DNA of 64,000 nt from Octopus sinensis (lineage: Eukaryota). The DNA is taken from assembly GCF_006345805.1 (NCBI RefSeq), contig NC_043016.1, positions 20,460,001 to 20,524,000 of the forward strand, in the 5' to 3' direction. The notes below the pieces were generated by a model that saw nothing but the letters and a program-made list of their open reading frames with translations, did no database searches and had not been told where the DNA came from. This document shows, one piece after another, positions 13,310 to 25,400 of the stretch. The number at the start of each line of letters is the position of its first letter. The stretch's first letter is position 1. The position numbers were made by a program, and so were the translations under genes.

Positions 13310-13914
13310 TAAGGATCGACGAGATATGACTAGCTGGCGCGGATGCGCGAGTACGCGAGACAAGTAGTACCGGTTAACGTAATCCTTAAAGAGAAGAAAG
13401 GATGGTCACAAATGGAAAGCATTTCGTATGAGAACAATTGAAACACCAAAGAGTTAGACTAAACTGCTACACTTGATTACTTCCGGGTCACTCGCATTCG
13501 ATCTTTTTTGTAATTGGATTATTTTTACACGAGCAGTCGACGGTTTCTGTTAATCTGAATAAAATTACATCCCTGTGTATCTTTCTCTCCTTCTGTCATC
13601 GGCGATCCTTCGGTATAGGTACCGGAAGGAAAATGGCTTTGTTTACATTTCTGAAGATAACAGAAACCCTTTTCTCCCACTTCTAATCCTAACCCTAACC
13701 CCCCAATATATATTAAAAAAAAAAAAAAAAACATTTTCTTGAAAAGTATCCGGTACCTATACCGAAGTTACGCCCTTTTCTCTATCCTTTTTTTTTGCTT
13801 CTCTGTCCTTTCTTTAACGTAGTTTCGTTTTCCTCACTTTGCATACGCTTCCTGTGATGATAGGTCCGCAGACCGAATGTTCTCACAGTTTATGTCCAGC
13901 TTTAACCGGTGAGT
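13310..13914 (+). promoter_or_regulatory. CpG-rich candidate promoter / non-coding first exon of THG1L
   Basis: Local CpG enrichment (gcgcggatgcgcgagtacgcg); ETS-like ACTTCCGG (13479) and GCTTCCTG (13847); consensus donor CCG|GTGAGT at 13909 that could splice to acceptor 22169. Confidence 0.45.
13601..13774. mobile_element. 174-bp mini-MITE with 26-bp TIRs and internal CCCTAA
   Basis: ggcgatccttcggtataggtaccgga ... tccggtacctataccgaagttacgcc. Confidence 0.7.
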
Positions 13915-15324
13915 TTAGATATTTGCTATTAACTGATAACGCACGCACACACAGCGAAAACAAAACAAAACGAAACCGAAAAGGTGACAAATAAAGTAAC
14001 AAAATTTTTTTAGCGAAATATAGAATATAAATGTGTTTATATTATATCAGCTTAAATATAGGTTTTGTAGTAAAACAAAAGAGAACTCCGAACAAGAGTG
14101 CGTGTGTAAGCTTTTTTATATTTTTAATCGGCAGAAGTTACGAAGTGGCTTCAGCACTGCATGAGGCGTGCATAGCACTTACCAAACTTAGAGCCATGCT
14201 TAATACTTTCATGCCGATTATGTCTGTATGTCTATCTGTAATTCAATTTTATTTCAAGATATTTTGCCAATAAAGAAAGAGCATGTTTCCCACCTAGATC
14301 CAAGGTTCTCATTCATTGGAATTTCAACATCAACAGGGTATTTTTTTTTTTTGTACGTATGTATATGTGCAGATTTGTATGTTTTGTTTTATGTATGTAT
14401 TCTCATACATGTATCTGCTTGTCTCGACATGCTCATATATACTTAAATGATAAACTTCTGAGGTAGAGGTGGACCGCACCTGCTTTCGGCTTTTTTTTTT
14501 TTATCTACAGAAACCCAGTTTTTCGACTGCGGAGATTCTGACCCGAGCAAAAAAAAAAAAAAATGCAACAGGTATACAATAACATGTAGTAAACGAATAT
14601 GAAAAAAAAAAATGCGCGCTGGCGAACGTGGGGCGGGGGATAGGACTCGGAAAATTCACATTGGGAATGTTCCAAGCCCCCTCACCATCCCCCCGCGAAA
14701 ATTTTTTTCTTCATATTCGTTTACTACACATTATTTTTCACCTAGTATCTAGTGTGGACTCGGATAATTCACACGATCCGAAACCCCACTTCGACACCTG
14801 GTCACAAAAATGAAAAAAATAGTGTAATAGGTAATAAACAACAGGTAATAAACGAATATGAAAAAAAAAACGCGCTGGCGAACGGGAGGGAGTGCGCAGA
14901 AAATTCAGACCTTGACCTTTAAACTCCAGTGTTTGACCCGAGTGACCCATAAAAAATTTTTAAAAAATTTTTTGGTAATTCGTATTTAGAAAGTGGATCT
15001 TCGGTTTGGCTGTTGTTTCTAGCTTGTCGGACTTTCCGGTTGGAACGTACTTAAAAATTGAAGATTTTGAAAACCCATAAAAACACGTTTAAAATTTAAT
15101 GAAAACTTTGAAATGCCGATTTTGTTTTGGCAGATTGGTTTTATGTATGTATTCTTATGAACATATTTGCATGTCTAGACATGCTCATATATATACTTAA
15201 ATGATAAACTTCTGAAGTTTTACAGATTAACTGCACCCAATTGAGTATATTATCAGTTTCAAGGCTGTATTTAGGAACACACACTACCGATTGTACTGCA
15301 CTCAATAGATTCCAGATCCATGTT

Positions 15325-15872
15325 AATAGTAGGTTCCATGTAAGGCTTGTTAGAGCTGTACAGACCATATACAGTAGTGTTGTCAGTAGGGTGAGAGTTG
15401 GCAATGAATACAGTGATGAATTTAGCATACAATTAGGGGTCCACCAGGGCTCAGTTCTCAGCCTGCTATTATTTAACATTGCCCTCCTGGCCATAACAGA
15501 GGAATTCAACATGGAATGCCTGTGGGAACTACTAAATGCTGATGACCTTGCTCTTATTGTGGAATCTGTAGAAGAATTGGAGAAAAATTCCAAGTATGGA
15601 AGCAAAACCTGGAATCAAAGGGCCTTAAATTTAACCTGGCAAAGACCAAAGTTGTTGTTAGCAAGAATGCAGATAAGATTCTCTTTCCGGCAGTAATTCC
15701 ACTTACTGCATCCAATGTAAGCTATGGACACATAAGAGGTGTAGTGGAATTACAGGTAGATTAACAGGTAAAGATGTCTTTGTATGTGGCAGGAACAATA
15801 AGGACTAAGGAAATATGAATTAGACTCTCATATGCCCGGATGTTCTCTTGAGGTTGTGGATAGTTTCATTAC
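15325..15872 (+). mobile_element. RTE LINE RT fragment
   Basis: GVHQGSVLS..LF; ELLNADDLAL; then a degenerate Cys/His finger. Confidence 0.88.
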
Positions 15873-16340
15873 TGTTATGATGCAGGTATAGACATCTGGT
15901 GTAAAATGGTATTACACAAATAAATAGTTGGTTGTGGTTATCTAAAAATAACCAACCACAGAAATATATATCTTAACACAGAACACACTCCATACTACTC
16001 GAATGTAGGTATGATACTCAGTATTCACTGTTCCACTACCAACTATTAAACCAACACATGTCAAACTAACATGGTAAACCAACACATTCAAACTAACACT
16101 GTCAACTATGCTTGTTGACAGTTCACTCAGTTCTTATTTATTGTAATCAATTAATCCACCTTTTGTGTGGAGGGGGGTGGGATTCAGTATTCTCACGTAA
16201 CATCTCCCCTTTTTGAGAATTTATCTCCACTTGGGGTTTAATATCTTTTGGGTTTAGGGTCTATTTTAAATACTTCTATTCATTTGCTTTTTCTCTTACT
16301 TGAACAATCTGTTTAGGTGTTGGTACATCAAACGCATTAT
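15873..16340 (-). mobile_element. LTR retrotransposon 3' LTR (15873-16202) with PPT and internal remnant
   Basis: TGTTA...TAACA termini; polypurine tract AGGGGAGA (minus strand, 16210-16203) abuts the LTR. Confidence 0.6.
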
Positions 16341-17149
16341 ATTGAACTGCACCGTTATTATCATTATTATTTTTATTAAAGGTAGTAAGCTGTTAGAACT
16401 GTTAACATGTCAAATAAAATGCTTAATGTCATTTTTTCTATCTTCATGTTTTGAGCTCAATTTCACCAAAGCTAATTTTGCCTTTGTAATAGTTTTGTAT
16501 GTTAACTAAAATTGTTGCGTATTCAATTCGTAATTTCCAGTCATAACAAGGCTATGCAATTTGTTTCTTTATGAGGTAACCAGTTTATAACCGATGCTGT
16601 GTTATAGATGCATTGGTGATTGGTATAAATGACAAGAATTAGTTAATAGTTAAAATTACTTTTATTTACTGTTACTGTATAGAACAACTGCTTTGATTTG
16701 TTGTTGCATAAAGATTTAGCAGAAGTTCTGTTTTTATTTGGGTAGGTTGCCATGGTCATTTGTAGGGTACTGCTATGAAGCTGAAGGTAAGAGGAGAGAG
16801 AGGGAGAGAGAGAATTTACCTCTCTGGGTTGTCAAGTAGAGATAGTGAGAAATGCATGTTACCTTGGTAACAGCCATGAGTAAAGTGAGTAAGACACATC
16901 TCTCTCTCTCTGACGGTGATGAGGAAATAAGGCAGGATTATACTCAGCTAATTGCTTAGTAAAAGAAAGGCATGTTAACTCCAGGTAGCCAGTTTGCAAA
17001 GTTGAATATACACAACACTAAAGTAGAAACAGACAACTGAAATGCCATTAAAATATCTGTTGAGACAACTGATCATTAAAAGATAGATTTAATAAGCACA
17101 AACATTTATTTTTCAATCCTGATTAAAAATATGCAATGGTTTTGTCAGA

Positions 17150-17463
17150 ATCGACGTAAAAGCACGTAAAAGCACCATCCGCTCGTGTTCGTTGCCAGCC
17201 TCGGCTGGCCCCGTGCTGGTGACACGTAAAAGCACCATCCGTTCGTGGCTGTTGTGCCAGCTCTGTCTGGCCCCTGTGCAGGTGGCACGTAAAAAACACC
17301 CACTACACTTGCGGAGTGGTTGGCGTTAGGAAGGGCATCCAGCCGTAGAAACACTGCCAAATCTGACTGGAGCCTGGTGCAGCCTTCCGGCTTCACAGAC
17401 CCCAGTTAAACCGTCCAACCCATGCTAGCATGGAAAACGGACGCTAAATGATGATGATGATGA
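17150..17463 (+). mobile_element. SINE family B
   Basis: Same core and (GAT)n tail as 6085-6451. Confidence 0.85.
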
Positions 17464-17681
17464 CATGGTTCTTGTAGAAGACAAATATTCATGAATTCAA
17501 AATTACCTGGTTAATTGTAAATACTGCATGACCATACAGGAAGAGTAGCTTCATTTCAGCAAAAAATGTATTTTAAAACAATGATTTAACCCTTTTAGCC
17601 CGGCTGGTACATATTTGTACCAGTCTATAATCTATGTGATGCAGTATAGTACTGCTCTGGTTTTTCTGATAAGTATGTGGA

Positions 17682-18209
17682 CACACAAACGTATACATAC
17701 ACACATACATATATACGATGGGCTTCTTTTAGTTTCCGTCTACCAAATCCACTCACAAGGCTTTGTCTTCTCTAGTAGAAGACACTTGCCCATGGTGCCA
17801 AGCAGTGGGACTGAATCTGGGACCATGTGGTTGGTAAGCAAGCTACTTACCACACAAACGTATACATACACACATACATATATACGATGGGCTTCTTTTA
17901 GTTTCCGTCTACCAAATCCACTCACAAGGCTTTGTCTTCTCTAGTAGAAGACACTTGCCCATGGTGCCAAGCAGTGGGACTGAACCCGGAACCATGTGGT
18001 TGGTAAGCAAGCTACTTACCACACAAACGTATACATACACACATACATATATACGATGGGCTTCTTTTAGTTTCCGTCTACCAAATCCACTCACAAGGCT
18101 TTGTCTTCTCTAGTAGAAGACACTTGCCCATGGTGCCAAGCAGTGGGACTGAACCCGGAACCATGTGGTTGGTAAGCAAGCTACTTACCACACAGCCACT
18201 CCTGTGCCT
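17682..18209 (-). mobile_element. Tandem trimer (169-bp unit) of tRNA-derived SINE family C
   Basis: Units start at 17682, 17851, 18020; tRNA-like head ggctgtgtggtaag...ggttcagtccc on the minus strand. Confidence 0.9.
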
Positions 18210-19658
18210 ATGAAAATGTTTTTTTTTTTATTTCACTATTTTTTTAAAAATTCGTTTCCTCTTCTGTTTGAAAATGAAGGATATGGTGATTGATTGTAAT
18301 TGTGATTGCTGATATTCAAAATCATATATTTTAACCTTCAATGCTTCTTCCATCATTTTTTAAGTGAGAGATTGGGTGTTTGAAAAATTCATAGATTTTC
18401 AAACTTTGATTTCATGTCTATATTGCACTTGGCAATATAGACGACTCACCTGACATTCTGGCTGGAAGCACATAGCTTCTTTACTGATGGAGGTAAATAA
18501 ACAGTTTTGGTCAGTTTAATGGTGAAAAAACAAAACAAAGAAAAACCCTTTTCTGGGAGGGAAAGAAGAGTTGCTTCCCCTTGTTCAAGTCCACCATGGC
18601 TGAAGTAGATCAGCTGTGCTTACGTTTTTTTTCCCCTTTTCTCCAATCCACAGTATCTTTCTTTTTTTTTTTTTTTTTTTTTTACACTAGTTGCACAGTT
18701 GAAAGAAACCCATAGATTATGTCTATTGAATTATCTCCTATGGAACTGTGTGAAATGCTTATCTACTAATCTAAGGAAGACCCTTCCCACTTAGATTTTG
18801 ATGAGGGAGAAGGGTGAAGCAAACTAAAACTCTTTGCAGTGCTTTCTTTTGTGAATGTTAAGGCCTGGTATAAAGGTGATGCAGTCCTTAAACCCACTGG
18901 CTTCCAAAGCTTTGTTTTAATAAGGGGCCACTGTGTCAAAAATGTCAAAAAAATTACAGGTTTTTTTTTATTACCACCAAACTAATCAAAACTATACTTT
19001 ACCTCCTTCTGTAAAGAGGCTGTGTGCTCTCAGCCAGTATGTCAGATGAATCTTCTATATTGCTATAACCAATGATAACTTTCTGACTGGTTTTATGCTG
19101 TAACCAAGAATGTACTACTCAACTATGTAAAAGTACAACTGCTCAAAATTTCTTTTAGGTAAGTTGAATTTTTTCTGTTTTAACAGGGATTTTTCAAAAT
19201 GTTTTTTTTTACCACTCCCCTGCAAATAATGGGGAAAAGTTTCAGAATACTTATGAATAACTGTCTCCACTTCCAGTATGACTTTGTCCAATTTTTTTTG
19301 TGTGCTGTACACTTAAAAACAACAGGAGAAGCTTTTCAGTAAAACAAAATATTTTTTTAAACCCCCTTTCTGTTTGTTTCTGTTTATAATTTCAAAATAT
19401 TGGAAAGTCTGAGATCATTGCTGGGATTTATTCACAGTGATTTAGAAAGGTAATTTATTTTAATAGCTTATTTTTCTGTTAGTAAATGTTTCTTTTTCTA
19501 CACACACAGACCAAAAGAATAAGTCTTGGAGTCAATCTGTTTGACTAAAGACTGTGCTCGAGCACAGCTGCAGTCAAATAACTGGAGCAAGTAAAAGAAT
19601 AAAAGAATATTAAAATAAATTCTTTTACATACCATTTTAAAATCACTCTATTACCCTA

Positions 19659-20153
19659 TCTATTAGCCTGTAATGATATGCATAAGATCTGGTCATCAAA
19701 TCTGAGTAGAGATTTCAAACTTAAAACCTTCAAAGCCACAGTCGAACCAATTCTACTATATGGCTCAGAAACCTGGACGTTATCAAAGAAGCTTGAGAGG
19801 CGGTTGGATGGAACTTACACTCGCCTCCTTATGAGAGCTCAAAATATCTCGTGGAAGCGTCATCCAACCAAAGTACAAATATATGGGAAATTACCACCTG
19901 TATCATCTCTTGTGAAAGGTAGAAGAGTCCAGTTTGCTGGACATTGTTGTAGAACTGAAAGCAAGGTAATTTCTACTCTTCTCTGGAAGCCATCTGCTCG
20001 CGATACCAGAGGGCGCACACTCTCCTACCCTGATGTAATCTCCAGGGATACAGGTATCCAGCGACAGGACCTCCGTAATGCTATGATGGACCATGAGGTC
20101 TGGTGCAACATAGTAAATTCCATTGTCTCAACCACGGTCGAACAATGATGATG
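19659..20153 (+). mobile_element. 5'-truncated young LINE (RTE/RTE-X-like) 3' end
   Basis: Open 156-aa frame VEPILLYGSETWTL...RRVQFAGHC; (gat)n tail; TSD attacccta at 19650 and 20154. Confidence 0.9.
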
Positions 20154-20902
20154 ATTACCCTAATGAAATTCCTTACACACATGCACTCATCATGAGCAAT
20201 ACACATATATGGAGAATAAGAGAGTGTGGTAAATATATATAGAGAGGGGGAAGTGTACAATAAAGCAAAAAATGAAAGATTGACAAATAAAAAGAAAGAG
20301 CTTTTCTTTATTGTCTCAAAATTTGAAATTTCAAAATTAAGTGAAAATTTTCAAATTTGGTATATTGATATACTTTTTCATGCTGAATCCTATTTTGTGA
20401 TTCATTTATTTCAGAAAAATTTTAGTAAATTGTTACAGAAGTTTAAAGTTTGATAATTTTTACCCAATCAGAAAAGAGGATTTGGAAGTTAGCATTTTCT
20501 GTGTGATAGCTGTGTTTCATAACATGAAAGTAAACATTACGTGACAAAGTTTTTAAAAAAATGAAAGTAATTACATTATTTGAAGAGAGAGAAAGAGAGC
20601 TAGCATATACCGACAGAGAATGATAAAGAGTTTGGTAAATATATAGAGAGAGGAGAATGTGTAAAAGAGAGGGAACCTGATGGTAATAGATAGGGATTGG
20701 GAATTTGTTGATCTAAAACTTGGATTATTACTCATAGCAAATTGTGTTTTATTATTATTTATGGAAAACCTCTTTAGGACACAGATTTTGAAAATCGAAT
20801 CTGTTTTTCTCAAGGATGCACTGTTTCAGAGCCTGTTGAGTATAATTACGCATACATATGCACACTCTCGTTTATATGGTAGATATGTGTGTGTATATGT
20901 AT

Positions 20903-22121
20903 ATAGGTTGAGTAAAAAGTAAGCAACGATTTGAAACATGAAATTCATCACAATATATTTCAACAATGCGGAAATTTTATTCATCAAAGTACGTACCACT
21001 TCAATCGACACTTTTGCCAATGAGTTACAAGTTTGTTTATTCTGGTAAAATAAAAATCTGGAGTTCAGGAGCTGAAGAACTCTTTGAATGCACTTTCAGC
21101 ATTGGTTTGATTTTTGAATTCCTTCTCTCGCAGGAAACCATTAAGGTGCTTTCAGAAAGTGAGCCAAGTTCCCTTAACTTCTGGAGCATCATTAGTGAAA
21201 CGTGTGGTTGAGAATTGTCATGAAGAATGATCAACCCTCTTCTGTTGACCAGTCTGGAACTGAAGAGTAGCAATTTTTCATTCATTTTGGCAATTTCATA
21301 GCAATATGTTTCTGCAGTAATGGTTCTTCTGGGTTTTAAGAAGTTATAGTAGATGAGTCCAGCAGTACACCACCAAACAGTCACCATAACCTTCTTTTTA
21401 AAGAACTTGGGTTTAGGGAAAGTATTTGGTGCTTCATTTTGGTCCAACCACTGGAAAGAACATTTTTTATCATTGTACAGAATCCACTTTTCATCACAAG
21501 TTACATTACAGTCAAGAAATGGATTGGTCTGGTTACAGAGCAGAGGCCATGAACAAATTTCATATCTGTGCATTTTCTGGTTTTTATTTCAATTAGTATG
21601 GTACCCATTTGTTGAGCTGTTTTGATTTTCCAATCGCATGCAAATTTTCTGGCCAACTTGAAGTTCTTTTGCCAGTTCTTGAATGGTTTTACATGGATCT
21701 TTCTCAATGATGATCTTTGATTGGCCTTCATCAATGACAGATAGGCGTCCACTACACTCACAATCTTCAAAGCTCAGGTCTCCACTGTGTAATTGTTTAA
21801 ACCATTTTTGAGCTGACCACTCACTGGTCATTTCCTCACCAAATGTTTCGTCAATATCACGAACAGTTTCAGCTGCTTTACATCCTTTTTTGAAGTTGAA
21901 TAGCAAAATTGCTTTAATACTGCGCTTTGACAGTTCCATTTCAGATGATTGTCACAACAGTGAAAAAAATATCAATGTTGATTTATTGATGCACTTGGGC
22001 AAGTCTATGGCTGTATTATCAGATAATTGCAAAAAATGTTTTTAAAAAATTCTAAATTCTGCAAAACTCCGACACAAACTCTTCATGGTTCAAAACATTG
22101 CTTACTTTTTACTCAACCTGA
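20903..22121 (-). mobile_element. Mariner transposon, defective
   Basis: TIR aggttgagtaaaaagtaagcaa / ttgcttactttttactcaacct; HTH N-terminus, VTCDEKW, KVMVTVWW, LHDNSQPH; frameshift and loss of the YSPDLAP region. Confidence 0.93.
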
Positions 22122-22237
22122 TATATAAGCATGTCTATATTTATCTCTGTTTATATTTTATTTTTCAGAAATTAAAATGGTTATGAATTGGAGCAGCTTC
22201 AACTTCCAAAATTCTAAATGTTGATAGAATAGACTGA

Positions 22238-22491
22238 ATGTTATCTGTGATATCCTTTCAAAATATCTTTTGGCATCACAAGCTTGCAACCTCAACATTT
22301 GCAAAGTTATTATATACTTCAAATTCTGTTTGTGAATGTCCAGTATTTAAAGCATTAAGATTGCGTAACAGCTGTGATAAGCATACCATGGCAAAAAGTC
22401 GGTTTGAATATGTTCGTGATTTTGAGTTGGATGACAGATGTTTGCCCAACTGCTGGTTAGTTGTTCGTATTGATGGCCATTCCTTCCACAG
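22238..22491 (+). CDS. THG1L: THG1L coding exon 1 (exon begins at acceptor 22169; conserved Met at 22388)
   Basis: Encodes ...[35 protein letters not shown]; acceptor ttttcag ends at 22168; donor AG|GTAGTG at 22492. Confidence 0.93.
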
Positions 22492-25400
22492 GTAGTGTAA
22501 TATTTTTTTTTTTACCTCTTTTTAATAATTAGTTACCATTGATAATTTTTGTTGATATATTAATAAATGCTATTGTCCCACTTGTGAAAAGATGAACAGA
22601 CGTAGTAAATACCAGAAATATAATTAGACATGAGTAGTTAAAACACAGAGTAATTGATTTCATTGTGACTTACAGATTATAAAAGATGTAGCAGATCAGG
22701 ATACTCACAAAACTTAGCAACAGAGCAACTTTATCACTACAATAAATGTATAAAGAATATATATTTCTTTACTACCCACAAGGGGCTAAACACAGAGGGG
22801 ACAAACAAAGACAGACAAATGAATTAAGTCGATTACATCGACCCCAGTGCGTAACTTAATTTATCGACCCTGAAAGGATGAAAGGCAAAGTTGACCTCAG
22901 CGGAACTTGAACTCAGAATGTAATGGCAGACGAAATACGGCTACACATTTCGCCCTACATGCTAACGTTTCTGCCAGCTCGCCGCCTTTTGTATTAATTA
23001 TTTTTGCCCTTTTTTGTAGACTCAAATGTATTTATCCTTTTCCTCCTCCTCTTCCTCATCTCTATAGTCATTGTCTTCCTCCTCCTCCCCCTCTCATTGT
23101 CATCATCATCATCGTTTGTCCACTTTTCATATTTTAATAGAGCCAGAAATGTAAGTCTGAGAATCCACTAGAGCGGAAACAGTGAGCAGATATGGTGTTT
23201 TTAAACCTTTTACCACAAGAGAACTTTTTACTCCATGGTAACTGCAGTTAATTTGCCTTTAGAAAAGTTAAAATATATTATAAACATATTTTAACTAACA
23301 TAATGTTTACATTATTTACAATTGATGGATATTTGTCCTCATCTTGTTTGTTGTTAACACTACGTTTCTGCTGATATACTCTCCAGCCTTCATCAGGTGT
23401 CTTGGGGAAATTTCGAACCTGGGTTCTCATTCCTAAGATATTTTTCGTCGTCATCGTTATTGTTAAAGGCATGTTTCACCTTTGTATAACCTACCACAGC
23501 TGCATGAAATGGAGTACACACAGTCTTTGGTCATATTTTCTTCTATTGGTGGTTTTACTTGAAGGAGATATTTGTGAAGTGTTGTATTACTCTTGAATAC
23601 TGTCCTGATGTCATATGGGCTGCATATCTTTTGTATCTTTTCGGAGAGGCCTTTCACATAGGGTCGACAGACTGTGGACAGTTTATCAGTTTCATCCTCT
23701 CTTTTCTTTATAATTGGAGTGGATAGTATACTTTTGGGGTAGTTGTTGCTTAATAGATTGTTATTTAGCTTGATCATTTATTCATGGTGTGTATCAGGAT
23801 CACTACTTATATTCTTTTCTCGCTGTTTTAGGTACTGAGCAATTCCTCTCTTTACACTGTATGGATGGTGGGAGATGAAGTTGAGGTATTGTCCAGTGAT
23901 GGTTGGCTTGCGGTATACGGATGTTTTGAATCCATACTTGGTGCATGTTATTAATACGTCCAGGAATGCTAGCTGATTGTCTTTTTCTTTTTCCATTGTG
24001 AACTGTATGGTGTGAACATGCACCAAGTATGGATTCAGGACATCTGTATACCACAAGCCGACCTTCACTGCTTACCCTGCAGTTGCCTTATTAGGAAGAT
24101 AGCATTGGTGGTGATTTTCACAAACAGAAAACCAAGCTACATCACATCTAGGCTAACTCTCTTCCCAATTAGTTGAACTATGATTCTTTCTGTAACATAA
24201 TTTGATACCTCTGGATTAACTTCTGCCTAAGGTATCTCCCTTATCTTTGTAGCAATTGATTATGATGCTGCTACACCTGTCGTGAGATATGATACCTTCC
24301 AGCACAACCTGATTAACTATATGGTCGACCAAGTTGTATTCCACTTTACCATATATTTTAAGCTCTCAGAGGTTATTACCGAAGGACCAAGGGCTTTCCT
24401 TGTCTTCATATCCTTAATTACTTTATCTAACATGTTACTGTCAACTAGGATCCTTGTTCAGTGCAAGAAGTGTCTCTTGATGACATACCATAAGAGGCAA
24501 AAATAGATTTGGGCAACCCACCCTTCATAAGTGAAATCAAAGCAGTGATTGCTAAGTTGAGAACCCACAAGGCTCCTGGTATAGATGGTCTTCCAGCAGA
24601 AGTATACAAGCATTGTGGAAACCAACATTGAAAAGTATTTTTATATTGTGCTGGGAGAGAAGAGAAATCCTGAGTGACCTACACAACACTTACTCTGGAT
24701 TTTATAATTATGCATACATATACACACATGCACAAAGTAATTCAAAACTTCCTTTAGCATTAATTTAGAATAATTAACAACTAAGGTTAGTTAAATTTCT
24801 TAACACACATCTTGTCTCCCTCATTTTTTATTCTTCACTGACACTGCTCACCTCCTTTGCTACCTCCTCACCATGCTCATTAAACCCTTTGATTTTAGTC
24901 TTCCCTCTGACTGCTATAGCTCAGGGATTTCAGGATACTTGTTCTACTGCCCTACCATTCATACTACCAACCATTTTGATCACCTAGAGCAATTAACTAG
25001 ACACGACAATCAAAGAGGATTACCATTAAATTATAACGTTTTTTGACAATGAATATCTCTTAATTTTTTGATAGTGATATTTTCTAAAACACATAGGAGT
25101 AATAAATATATCATAAGATGTTCACAGAAAATATCCAATATAATATTTAAAATATATAACAACAAAATAAGAATAAAAATTTTATATTTCATTTAAATGC
25201 TAAAGGGACATCCTAAACACCCTGTATATTTACATCTAGATTTTTTTTACCTATATTGTATTTGTGAATTCTCCGTCTTCTTCTCCTCTTATCTATTTAA
25301 TACCCTCTCATCTTTGTAGTGCTCCCTCTACTTTGCTACCTTATACCACCCTTGTAAGAGAGGATAATTTTTTCATACTCAGTCCCCCTACCACCATCAT

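Noticed and set aside
19678-20148. Intact 156-aa ORF as a host gene
   Set aside because: LINE ORF2 C-terminus with (GAT)n tail and TSD; a 5'-truncated retrocopy.
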